A DNA stretch of 63,937 nt, the filler included, from Barthelona sp. PAP020 (taxonomy: Eukaryota): NCBI GenBank assembly GCA_040182905.1. It is 4 parts of 4 records of this genome, joined end to end, with 100 filler letters (N's around TTAATTAATTAA, not from the genome) between each part and the next. Parts side by side here need not be neighbours in the genome. Positions count along the whole stretch, not along the records: positions 1 to 16,870 come from JARQWU010000253.1; positions 16,971 to 33,825 come from JARQWU010000254.1; 2 more parts are not named here. One strand, written 5' to 3'. The translations under genes were made by a program, and so were the position numbers. Position 1 is the first letter of the stretch. Each line of letters begins with the position of its first letter. The notes below the pieces were generated by a model. The model saw nothing but the letters and a program-made list of their open reading frames with translations. It was not told the origin of the DNA and made no database searches. This document shows, piece after piece, positions 10,180 through 19,594 of the stretch.

Positions 10180-10764
10180 CTAATTTATACCTGCTTCAAC
10201 CTCTAATCTATCTTTTTCCAATGAAATTTTTGTAGGATTTTTTATATCCGTCTTAGCACGTTTTATTTTAATTTTACTTCCACAAAGTTCTGTTAATTTC
10301 AACAAATTTTCAATTTCTTCGAAATTTTTCAATTGTAATAAAAAAAAACGCGGTTCTTGAACAATTGCAACAATTTCAGTAATATATTTTAAAACTTCTC
10401 TTTTAATTTCTTCAGTTTTTTCAACATCATAATTGCTAATTAAAACTGTGTGGCTTTTTGAAACTTTTTCATCAAAATCAACAATATAATCCAAAACATC
10501 TACATTACAATCTTCAATCACCAAACCATGATGACCAGAATGTAATGGAATGCCATTCAACGTTTCTCTACAATCATCCTTCCCTTCATTTGTTTCAAAC
10601 ACAATTACGCAATATGATTCGCCTCGAAATCTTTCAAAAAAAGGAGATCCACAATCGTATGTGAACAATGATATGTGTGTTACAGAAAATGGTCGAAATA
10701 TTTCACTTAACCTCTCGAAATTGCAAAATGCTGCAGGAATATTTGAAACAAGTAGTGTGTACAT
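10180..10764 (-). CDS. RRM-domain protein (two degenerate RRMs)
   Basis: TLLVSNIP (RNP2-like), YCVIVF (RNP1-like), second TVLISNY segment. Confidence 0.6.
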   Translation of the reverse strand: MYTLLVSNIPAAFCNFERLSEIFRPFSVTHISLFTYDCGSPFFERFRGESYCVIVFETNEGKDDCRETLNGIPLHSGHHGLVIEDCNVDVLDYIVDFDEKVSKSHTVLISNYDVEKTEEIKREVLKYITEIVAIVQEPRFFLLQLKNFEEIENLLKLTELCGSKIKIKRAKTDIKNPTKISLEKDRLEVEAGIN

Positions 10765-10960
10765 GTATTAACAATCCAAAAAACCTATTAAAATCAATAA
10801 TTGTTGCTGTTCAAATTAATTAGTAAATTAAGGATTTTTCTTCTGTATAATCAATACCATCTATATTTTTTTGTTTGTTTCTAATGAACGATCAATATTC
10901 AAAAAAATCGAAATAATTACATTTGTAAAAAATTAAGAATAAAGTTTTTTATTGAAAACC

Positions 10961-11313
10961 ATGGGAAGAAAAAATCTGGATACAACTCATTATCATGCAT
11001 CTGTTGAAATGAAAAAAATATATGAACAATTTCAAAAAATAGTTGAATATGTTGATGTGGAAACTGAAATGAATATGTTTCCTGAAGAAGAAGAAAAGTT
11101 ACAATTAGTATTGCATTTTATCATGAATGAAAATGTTCGATTACTTGAAGATTTCAAAAGTACCATTTCTGCCTTTGATTACCGAAATAAACCTTTACAT
11201 ATATTAGCGCCAAATCTATTTGAAAGTGCTGAACCTATGGGTTTTGCAAATCAAATTTCAATAAAACAAATAACAAAGAAGAAAGATGCAAATGCAGGAG
11301 CTGATTCTGATTC

Positions 11314-11349
<36 letters not shown>

Positions 11350-11392
11350 CAAACAAAAATTACTCGATTGTGTCATATCTTTCAGTAATTAA
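10961..11392 (+). CDS. Hypothetical protein with acidic poly-Asp tail
   Basis: First ATG at 10961 (the ORF track starts at TTG); (GAT)n run near the C-terminus. Confidence 0.6.
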
Positions 11393-11417
11393 AGCTTTTT
11401 CACTTTATCAATAAAGA

Positions 11418-12365
11418 TCAAACGATGTGTGAAGAAAGTATTGTATTATTTGAATAATATAAAATAGGTCTTTTTCCTTCCAGTTCATGCATCTTCTCTT
11501 TGTAAACATGTTGTCTTATGGCTCTGTATTCATAAAACATGGTCATGTGATGAAAAATGACACCAAACACCAATAAATATTGAGCCAGTGATCTTGTATT
11601 ACAATATAAACCATTATCATTACAACCTCTCGTATAAGTGCCATAAATAAAGCCAAATACAAAGTATTGAACCAAGGTCAAATATTTCAATGTCAATGAG
11701 TTAAAAGATGTCAATTTTTGCAAATATTGTGGGGACGTTTTCAAAGAAAAAATTGTTGCCCATATTGTATGATAGGTCATTTGAACACCAGCCATTAAGT
11801 TGAAAAACCAAGCAAAATGTTGATGAAGGAACTCATTAATATCGATCGAAACAAATCCAATGAGTGGTAGATATACTCCAAATATAGCTCCACAAATTAT
11901 TTCACCGATAAAATGAAAAGTTTCCCAAGCAGAAGTTGTTGTTGTCCATGAAAATAGAAATGAAAAGATACTTTTTTCAGTTTCTTGAATATAGAGATCG
12001 TTATAAAAAGTTAGTTTACCTTGTTTTATTATTAAAGGTCTTAAATATACATAAAAAAATACAGATTTTGTCAGGATGGCTATATAGCCCATCGAAAAAG
12101 AAATAGATAAAAATACATATGTAAAAGGTCCTCTACCGGTCCGAGAAATTGTGGGAAATAGTCTACCAGTATTTTCATAAAATGCTGTCACAAAGTATGA
12201 AACAACCAAACCGATAAAAACGGCTGATGTACCAATTAGAACAATATATTCACAACGAAAAGTCAAAAGAAATGGAATTTTCCTTGAATCTTCTTTGGGA
12301 TTTTTAATTGCTTCAAATTCATCTTTTTCAACGACATCATATTGTTTTAAAGTTTTAACAGCCAT
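11418..12365 (-). CDS. Frag1/DRAM/Sfk1 family membrane protein
   Basis: About 6 TM segments; FPTISRTG after TM1, LHQHFA, LAQY motifs. Confidence 0.7.
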   Translation of the reverse strand: MAVKTLKQYDVVEKDEFEAIKNPKEDSRKIPFLLTFRCEYIVLIGTSAVFIGLVVSYFVTAFYENTGRLFPTISRTGRGPFTYVFLSISFSMGYIAILTKSVFFYVYLRPLIIKQGKLTFYNDLYIQETEKSIFSFLFSWTTTTSAWETFHFIGEIICGAIFGVYLPLIGFVSIDINEFLHQHFAWFFNLMAGVQMTYHTIWATIFSLKTSPQYLQKLTSFNSLTLKYLTLVQYFVFGFIYGTYTRGCNDNGLYCNTRSLAQYLLVFGVIFHHMTMFYEYRAIRQHVYKEKMHELEGKRPILYYSNNTILSSHIV

Positions 12366-12700
12366 TGGGAACCTATCTACTGTAAATAATTAGAAAAGAT
12401 TGGTATTTGCGATTCTTTCACTCCTTTAGTATTTTTTGTGAAAACTTCCAAAGAAATTTTTAAAAAAAAGAGAATTCCATAATTATTAAATAAAATTCAA
12501 AAAGATTTAAACAACTCACAAACAAAATTGAATGTTTAAAAGAAAAAAAGCAGTTTTTAAACAAAATAGTCATACTTGTCCACAATAAAGAATAGTTGAA
12601 CCCATTTTTATTCATAATTCCTCCAAAATTTGTTGCAAAAAGAAACAAAGATTTTTTTTATTTACAAAAAAAAAAACATATGAAAACTGATGAAAACTAA

Positions 12701-13459
12701 TCACATTGCAACAAGTTGTCTCTTGTTCTTCTTTGAAGTATTTTCAACAGCATTTTCAATTTCTTCTACTTCTTCAAAAGTGTCAGGGATTTCAATCGCA
12801 TCTAAAATGGCCAATGCATCTTCAACATCCATATCCTTCTCCTCCTTTTTACTTGTGTCAACAATTTTAGCGGGTTCTGAAGTTTGTTTCACTGGTTGTT
12901 TGATTTCTTCTTCTTCATCATCACCTAATTGAGCCAAAAGTACATCTATGTCATCGTTTCCAACACCCATAATAGCTTGTGCTGTTGTTTCATCACAGTG
13001 ATCAATAATCATTTGGTCAACTTCTTCCATTTGATCAATTAGCTCACGATTAGTGTCCAATATTGCATCAATTTCATCAGGAGCCATTGTTAATTGTTCA
13101 AACACTTGATTTACTTGATCCAAAGTCTGAACATACTCTATTTGTCTTTCTTTTTCAGCTTCTGTTTCAATAAGCTTTTGTAAATTAGTGACACGAATAC
13201 CTGCAGTATTAACTTGAGATTCAAGCATTTTTTTAAGCTTCAATTGAAGAATAGCTTCTTGTTTTTTACCTTCTTTATGCAATTTTATACATAAATCAGT
13301 TTGATGTCGAATTCTTGCCTCTGTATCGCGTAATAATTTTCTATATTTGTCACGAGTAGCCTTCATCTGCAAAATCATTGTATCTCTATCAGTTACTTCA
13401 ACAACATTATTTTCGCTGTCATTTCCACTTCCAAATATTGCACTAAAAAATGCTCCCAT
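12701..13459 (-). CDS. VPS20: ESCRT-III Snf7-family protein Vps20/CHMP6
   Basis: Likely start MGAFFS (N-myristoylation signal); VTDRDTMILQMKATRDK, KKQEAILQLKLKK; C-terminal MIM-like tail. Confidence 0.85.
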   Translation of the reverse strand: MGAFFSAIFGSGNDSENNVVEVTDRDTMILQMKATRDKYRKLLRDTEARIRHQTDLCIKLHKEGKKQEAILQLKLKKMLESQVNTAGIRVTNLQKLIETEAEKERQIEYVQTLDQVNQVFEQLTMAPDEIDAILDTNRELIDQMEEVDQMIIDHCDETTAQAIMGVGNDDIDVLLAQLGDDEEEEIKQPVKQTSEPAKIVDTSKKEEKDMDVEDALAILDAIEIPDTFEEVEEIENAVENTSKKNKRQLVAM

Positions 13460-13672
13460 CTTTTCAATAATATACACTATGAAAATTGGAAAATAAAATA
13501 AAAAAGTAAGGAGAAAATTAATTCTCAAATCACCACCACTTCCTTGAAAAACACTAAAATTTTCAATATTTCTTTGTCTTTTACAATAAAACTCACCTAT
13601 ATCTATGTAATAAATATTTTAAAAAAAAAAAAGATTGAAAAGATATTTATAATACCCAAACATACAAATAGT

Positions 13673-14347
13673 TTATAACAATGAATGTTTTAACAAAGAA
13701 AGCCGACGTTTAACAACTAAATCATTATTTAATCCACCAGCTATTAAGGAACGGTTTCGTGTTTCAAGGTCACGATCGTCAGGAACAATTTTATTCATGT
13801 CAATATTTTCCACCCCAATATTATTTACTTTTCTATAAATAGGAACAGGATTATCTGATTTCTTTTCATTAAAACGTTTCTTAATAGGTTTTTTGACGAC
13901 AACTCTGTCAATTTTTCTATATTTTCCATATTTTCTTTCAAAATCATTGAATAATTGATTATCTAATGAACTTTTATTGAATTGAAACGTTTCAATATCC
14001 ATTAAATATTCATTATATTGAAATTCATCATCAAATCTATCACTACTAATGTTAAATAGATTATGTAAATTGTAAGAATTATTTTTTGAAGGTGTTCTTT
14101 TGATAAATTCATTATCAAATGATTTACAAGTGGATTTATTAATAACATCACTACATATGCGACAATATTTTGGTGCCTTTTTTGAATCATTCATTTTATT
14201 ATGACAAGATTTACATATTAAATGACCACAAGAACTTATTTGAAAATCTGTTTTAATAACTGATTTGAATTCTCCGTGTAAATTCAAGTTCTGAAATATT
14301 GAATTTCCGCATAAACAACATAATAAATCATCAAATTGAAATGACAT
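13673..14347 (-). CDS. MNAT1: CAK assembly factor MAT1/Tfb3 (RING finger)
   Basis: N-terminal C3HC4 RING (CGHLICKSC..CRIC), YNEYLMDIETFQFN, C-terminal AGG..RR. Confidence 0.7.
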   Translation of the reverse strand: MSFQFDDLLCCLCGNSIFQNLNLHGEFKSVIKTDFQISSCGHLICKSCHNKMNDSKKAPKYCRICSDVINKSTCKSFDNEFIKRTPSKNNSYNLHNLFNISSDRFDDEFQYNEYLMDIETFQFNKSSLDNQLFNDFERKYGKYRKIDRVVVKKPIKKRFNEKKSDNPVPIYRKVNNIGVENIDMNKIVPDDRDLETRNRSLIAGGLNNDLVVKRRLSLLKHSLL

Positions 14348-14689
14348 TCAAAAAAAAAAAAGGACTGTTGTGTTTTGGATACCTCTCTCAAAAAGCAATA
14401 TTTTATATTCACTTGACATTGTTTTCTTTTTTCTTTTTACTCAACATGAACTAAATAGCGAAAAAGAGTTCTGATTTTTTTTTTAATTTTAACAAGAAAA
14501 CTTTGAACAAGTAAAAATACCAACAACAATAAAAAACAAAAAACTTTTGTAAATTTATTTAACAATGAACTCGATTTTCTTATTTCGAATTCTATTTTTC
14601 TTTCTTCCTTTCAGAAGCTCATATTTTTATCCATTATTTTGATATTTGAGTAGGTTAAATTGTATTCAACTAAACATTAACAATTAAAC

Positions 14690-16870
14690 CTAATCAAAAG
14701 AAGGAAGATCAGGATCTATTTCAAAATGCTCATCACTATCTGAATCGCTTTTCTCTTCTTCAACTTTTTTCGCTTGAGCCTTTGCCAACATATAAGTCTT
14801 CATATTAACAATAGCATTATCAATACCACGAGCTGATTTTTGTTTTTCTTTGGATAAACCAAGTTTAGAGGAAAGAACAAACTTCTTTTTAAGACTATTT
14901 TGATCGTCATGTTCCTTTAAATCATCATAAGCTTTCTTTAAAATCTCAGCTTCCTGTTGTTTATGTGATGATGATGAAACAGTACCACCATTTTCATCAG
15001 CCCACAATTGCTTTTCCAAATGTTCAATATCATCTCCCAAATTTTTGAGCATTTCATCAAATGGTTCGTTTTTCAAAAGATCACGAGATTTCTTGAATGA
15101 AAATGAATCAACAAGCTGTCCTTTAGCATTTAACATCAAATCACCTAAAGCTTCACTTTCATCTTCCTTTACTTCGACGTTCAAAGTGCTATCCAATTGA
15201 GGGAATGATTCACAGTACATTTCACCAATCAACTTCATCATGGAAAGATGAAGTGGAATGAAATCAACACAGCCATCATTGGATCCATCATTTCCTCTGG
15301 CATCAATAATCAAATGAATGAGTGCACGAGAACATACCAATAAAGCATCAGCATTATCTTGGATACGCTTTCTATAAATGTAAATTGTGTTTGAAGATTT
15401 TTCAACATCGTAAGACTTGGAATAACTGTTGTTCCATGAATGGTTAGGCAATTCTGTGGCTATTTTGATAATAGGGATTTTAAGCTTGTAAATCTCACAT
15501 GTTTTCCGAATCAAACTTCTGCATAACTGCAAGGCAAACCTTTCACTTGAAATTAATTCTTTTTCATTTGAAATTGAAGACATATATCCTTGACAAACGA
15601 TTTCTTCTTCAATCAAATCAGCAGGTAGTGCCTTGTAGTTTTCAATCTCTCTAATGTTCAAAGGTGATGTTTGTTCCTTATCTTCTTTGTTATAAAGGTC
15701 AATCTTGGTGTTAATCTTATCTATCTTTATCATCAACATGTTTAATAGTTGCATGTTGGGAGTTTCTTGAGAGTGATACTCTTCCAAAACAGAAGGGAAC
15801 TCAGTAATACCTGGTCCAGGTTGTTCAGGAATTGCAAAAATTGCCGAATCATCAAAAGTAACATGTCTTTCCGTACTGCTAATAGTAGAACGAACAGTTC
15901 TTGCTTGCTGACTCTTTGCTGCATCAGCTGCAACAATGTTAACTTGAGAAGTCAAAGTCTTTGCATTTTCACGATTCGCATCATTGATATGATTTTTAAA
16001 TTCTTGATGAATGCTATCTCTCCTCTGATTAATCTCTCGTTCAACTTTTGATTCAAGTTCATGTTTTTCTTTTGAAGATTCAGCTTTAGCATTGATTAAA
16101 TCCCGTTGTTTACGTTGATTGAATCTCTTAACAGCAGCATCTATCTGTTTTTGTAATTGTTCATCTCTCATTCTCAATTGAGTTTCCACAGTCTTCATAT
16201 GCTCCTCAATCATATTGTTCTTTTCGTCTTCAGTTAAATCCTTTTGTAATTGTTGTTGGAACATCTCTTTTTGTGAAGCAATAACTTGAACACGCATATC
16301 ATCATTCTTTCTATCCAATTGTCGTTGAATTTCTTCCAATCTTTCCTGTTCCTTCTTGTACTTTTCATTGATTTCTTCTTCTTTACGACGAACTTCTTCA
16401 TCATGATGCTTTTGAATCTCAATCATTTGTAATTCTCTTTCCTTTTCAGTCAAGGCTATTTTATTATTACGTTCTTCTTCTAATCTTTGTCTTTGTTCAA
16501 CTATTTCATTCTTATATGCTGCAATCTTACTGTCTGCATCACCAAATTCAGGTACAAACTCTTCCAATAACACTAACAACTCTTCATTGTAGCTATCTTG
16601 TAGATTTGCCCGTTCCATTGTATGCTTAAGCTTCAATTCTTGCATTTCTTCTTCAATAACCTTATCCCTTCTTTGAACCATTGAATTTTCAAGAGATAAT
16701 ATTTTATCTGTAGTTTCATCATCAATATCTTTCTTCAATTTCATTAATTTCTTAGAATCAAGTTCTGTGACTTGTTCAACGATTGATTTACTCTTCTCCA
16801 ATTGGTCGGAAATGATCTTTTCTCTTTCTTCTTGTGCCAAAGTATTTGAGCGTTTTTCTGCTCTTTTCAT
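14690..16870 (-). CDS. 5'-truncated large coiled-coil protein (C-terminal part)
   Basis: ORF runs into the assembly linker at 16871. A long E/K/Q coiled coil is followed by a globular segment (IATELPNHSWNNSY...IYIYRKRI...ALIHL) reminiscent of the C-terminus of giant ephrin-receptor-like repeat proteins of flagellates. Confidence 0.6.
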   Translation of the reverse strand: MKRAEKRSNTLAQEEREKIISDQLEKSKSIVEQVTELDSKKLMKLKKDIDDETTDKILSLENSMVQRRDKVIEEEMQELKLKHTMERANLQDSYNEELLVLLEEFVPEFGDADSKIAAYKNEIVEQRQRLEEERNNKIALTEKERELQMIEIQKHHDEEVRRKEEEINEKYKKEQERLEEIQRQLDRKNDDMRVQVIASQKEMFQQQLQKDLTEDEKNNMIEEHMKTVETQLRMRDEQLQKQIDAAVKRFNQRKQRDLINAKAESSKEKHELESKVEREINQRRDSIHQEFKNHINDANRENAKTLTSQVNIVAADAAKSQQARTVRSTISSTERHVTFDDSAIFAIPEQPGPGITEFPSVLEEYHSQETPNMQLLNMLMIKIDKINTKIDLYNKEDKEQTSPLNIREIENYKALPADLIEEEIVCQGYMSSISNEKELISSERFALQLCRSLIRKTCEIYKLKIPIIKIATELPNHSWNNSYSKSYDVEKSSNTIYIYRKRIQDNADALLVCSRALIHLIIDARGNDGSNDGCVDFIPLHLSMMKLIGEMYCESFPQLDSTLNVEVKEDESEALGDLMLNAKGQLVDSFSFKKSRDLLKNEPFDEMLKNLGDDIEHLEKQLWADENGGTVSSSSHKQQEAEILKKAYDDLKEHDDQNSLKKKFVLSSKLGLSKEKQKSARGIDNAIVNMKTYMLAKAQAKKVEEEKSDSDSDEHFEIDPDLPSFD

Positions 16871-16970
16871 NNNNNNNNNNNNNNNNNNNNNNNNNNNNNN
16901 NNNNNNNNNNNNNNTTAATTAATTAANNNNNNNNNNNNNNNNNNNNNNNNNNNNNNNNNNNNNNNNNNNN
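16871..16970. other. Artificial 100-nt contig linker (N44-TTAATTAATTAA-N44)
   Basis: Six-frame stop linker embedded in Ns; same structure at all three gaps. Confidence 0.95.
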
Positions 16971-17230
16971 AATATTGGAAACTTTGTCTACGTATGTGAT
17001 TATCTCTCTCTGTTACGATAATCAGGGCGTCTATAAACGTAAATGAAAACTTATTTGATGAGACCAAATATTATTTTTTGTCCTCAGCAGAAACTGATTT
17101 CACGATTTCTCTTTTTGCTTATATTCCAAATATTCATGTGTTTAAACAAATTTATCCATTATTTGGCAAATTCTTTTTTTGGCATTGTAAAAAATAGCAC
17201 TTTTAGCTTTTGTCCTCTTTATATTCACCC

Positions 17231-18289
17231 ATGTGCACCTTTGAAGAAAATAAAGGATCACACGAACCAAAACAACATGCAAAGAAACCCAGAAAAATTG
17301 TTGAAGAACCAGATGAAGCTGACCTGATGAATGACAGTAATAATGAATCATTCAGTGAAAACAGAAAGCAAATTGTTCGTGCAATCAAAAGATTTGAAGA
17401 AAATCCTGTGTTTGGTGTAGAGTTTCCTGATACAGATGCTGTTGCACTTGATTACAGTTCGGATGGACGGTTTTTTGCGGTCGCAGGATTTTATAGTGAA
17501 TTACTCAGAGTCTACAACGCTGAAACACGTAAAATTGTACATGAAGGGAAGTATGCAAAGGCTATTGGTCTCAATTTCAGTCCAGACTCCAAACTGTTAG
17601 CTGTTGGTGGTGATGATTCAGCAATTCATATTATTGAGGTTGATACTTGGAGAACAGTAAGAGTGATTAGCGATATGGCAAGGCATGTAACACTTGTATG
17701 GTTTTCATCAGATAACAAATTGCTTTCTTTTGGTATGGAGGATGGTTATATTGCCATATACACGGTTGAAGGACAGAAGTTGCATGAATATCAAGCCCAT
17801 GAAAAATATGTTTCCTCTGTACGTATCAGCCCCAATATGAAATACTTTGCTTCTGTTAGCGAAGATGGATATTCAAATTTGTCTTCGTTGGAGACTTATC
17901 AAGAGCTTTACAAGTGGAGTCATGATGGAAAAGAAGTCATATCAGGCAACTTCTCACCTGATGGTGCTTATTGGGCAACAGGTGATCAAAGTGGTACAAT
18001 CAGGTTATTTGATGTTGAATCTAGAGAGCTGTTGGGAAAGTATAAGGTTCATAATGGTTGTATATACTCAATCATCTTCTCCCAAGATGGTTCAATGATC
18101 TATTCTGGTTGTTTTGATAGATCATTTGCTGTGATTCGAAGAGATACAGGGCAAGTGTTGCAAAAAGTGGGTGTAACTTTTTATATTGTTACTATGTCCC
18201 TCAACCATGATGGAACTCGTTTGTTGTTTAGTGGCAGTAATTATCCATATAATGTCCCAATCCAAGAATTCATTGCTTCAGACCTGTAA
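17231..18289 (+). CDS. WD40 beta-propeller protein; kinase-less paralog of 30282..32372
   Basis: First ATG (MCTFEEN) at 17231; ~7 WD repeats. The N-terminus and the whole propeller align with the 30282..32372 protein. Confidence 0.88.
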   Translation: MCTFEENKGSHEPKQHAKKPRKIVEEPDEADLMNDSNNESFSENRKQIVRAIKRFEENPVFGVEFPDTDAVALDYSSDGRFFAVAGFYSELLRVYNAETRKIVHEGKYAKAIGLNFSPDSKLLAVGGDDSAIHIIEVDTWRTVRVISDMARHVTLVWFSSDNKLLSFGMEDGYIAIYTVEGQKLHEYQAHEKYVSSVRISPNMKYFASVSEDGYSNLSSLETYQELYKWSHDGKEVISGNFSPDGAYWATGDQSGTIRLFDVESRELLGKYKVHNGCIYSIIFSQDGSMIYSGCFDRSFAVIRRDTGQVLQKVGVTFYIVTMSLNHDGTRLLFSGSNYPYNVPIQEFIASDL

Positions 18290-18899
18290 AATTCCACATT
18301 GCATTTGGACTTACATCCCATGATTACACCTTTCACCTCGCTTCTCAGGTTTTCCAACTTATTAATTTAAAACACTTTTAATTTCATCATGTAATTCATT
18401 TTCATACTATTCTTCAATCACATGAATCATTCCACACCCACAAACAACATTAACCATACATTTACCAAATATAACCAAAACAATCAAATGATTTTAGAAA
18501 TTTAAGATCTCAAGTTTTATCCTCTTGTTTTGTTTTGTTTTTGCGAGGTTTCTCCCATTTAGACAATAACCGTTTATTTGTACTAGCTCAACGGGTTTCC
18601 TTCATGAACTCTCAGGCATATCGTATCTTCCGAACCTGATCCCAAAGAATTAACTCAACTGACCCTTTTGCATCAAGTTAAAGTCCATAAAAGCGTAAGG
18701 TGATGTTTTCAATTGAGCACGAAACTTTACATCACCTACTAATGATTGTATGCTTTCAGTTCACTATGAGTCTGCTGTTTTCGTTCTTTTAAGAGAATTT
18801 TGGCTTTTATTTTATTGAAAAACCTGTAATGAATCCAACCTCAAAAACACTAAACCAGTTCTTTGGTTCGGTTCAACCACTTTAACTTTCTGAAAAAAG

Positions 18900-19146
18900 A
18901 AAAAGAGAAAATCTTTTTGTTGAATATTTGGTGGAAAATTTAGCATTGAGAGGGAAATGAACTAGAAAAATTCAATTATGACAGGCAAGAACAAATTTGG
19001 GATAATATTTCCCTCTGAGTTCTTTTGATGAAGCCAATATTTGACGGTTTTCACTCTTATTTCAGAAAAATTCCTTGTTTCAACTGATAAATCGGCCTTA
19101 ACAGTTTTTAACCAAATAAACATCATGTTTTCTTGTTCACTCATAC
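18900..19146 (-). repeat. Dispersed repeat segment homologous to 32809-33055
   Basis: Reverse complement GTATGAGTGAACAAGAAAACATGATGTTTATTTGGTTAAAAACTGTTAAGGCCGATTTATCAGTTGAAA aligns with 32809 GTATGAGTGAATAAAAAAGAATAGTGTTTATTTGGTTAAAGGCTTTCGAGGCCCGATTGATCTCTTGAAA. Confidence 0.7.
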
Positions 19147-19594
19147 ACTATCATTTTTGTGTTGGAAGTAAATGATCTTAATTTTCGTTTAATAACAATT
19201 TTACACTGTCTCAAAACAAGTAAATCTTTTAATTTGTTGAAAATGACCTGGAAGGAAAAACAAAGAATTCTGAATGGACTGTAAAAAAAATTTGAGACTT
19301 AGTGGGTTGTGGAAAAGATTGTAGCACTGTGATTTCTCTTCCCTACAATACAAAAGAAGGACTCCAAGATGAATCTTGGTCAATTTGAACAAACAAAATA
19401 GTGCATGAAATTCTTTAACTCCAAAGTTTTTAGTGTTTAACATCAGAGCCTTCTTCTTGCAACGAGTAACTTCCAACAATTGTGGAATTATTCTTTGTAA
19501 ACTGTGTTAATTACTTATATACAGGTTATATAAATTCAAAAGTAGCAAAATTGTCTGTTCTAGCTCAAATGAAAAAAAAAAAGATATTATAATT

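Noticed and set aside
11313..11350. (GAT)n microsatellite
   Set aside because: Ordinary coding poly-Asp tract. An Rpc31-like identity for this protein was considered but is not supportable.
16915..16926. TTAATTAATTAA palindrome recurring three times
   Set aside because: Always centred in exactly 100 nt of N. It is a six-frame-stop assembly linker, not biology, and adjacency across these gaps is unproven.
17350..18289. WD40 pair as a diversity-generating retroelement TR/VR pair
   Set aside because: Differences include many synonymous and non-adenine changes over ~900 bp, and no reverse transcriptase is in the window.
18962..19144. 60-aa ORF with IRVKTVKYWLH resembling a Tc1 HTH
   Set aside because: Too short, no DDE domain nearby, and the homologous block at 32809 has a stop/frameshift. 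It cannot be called a transposase.
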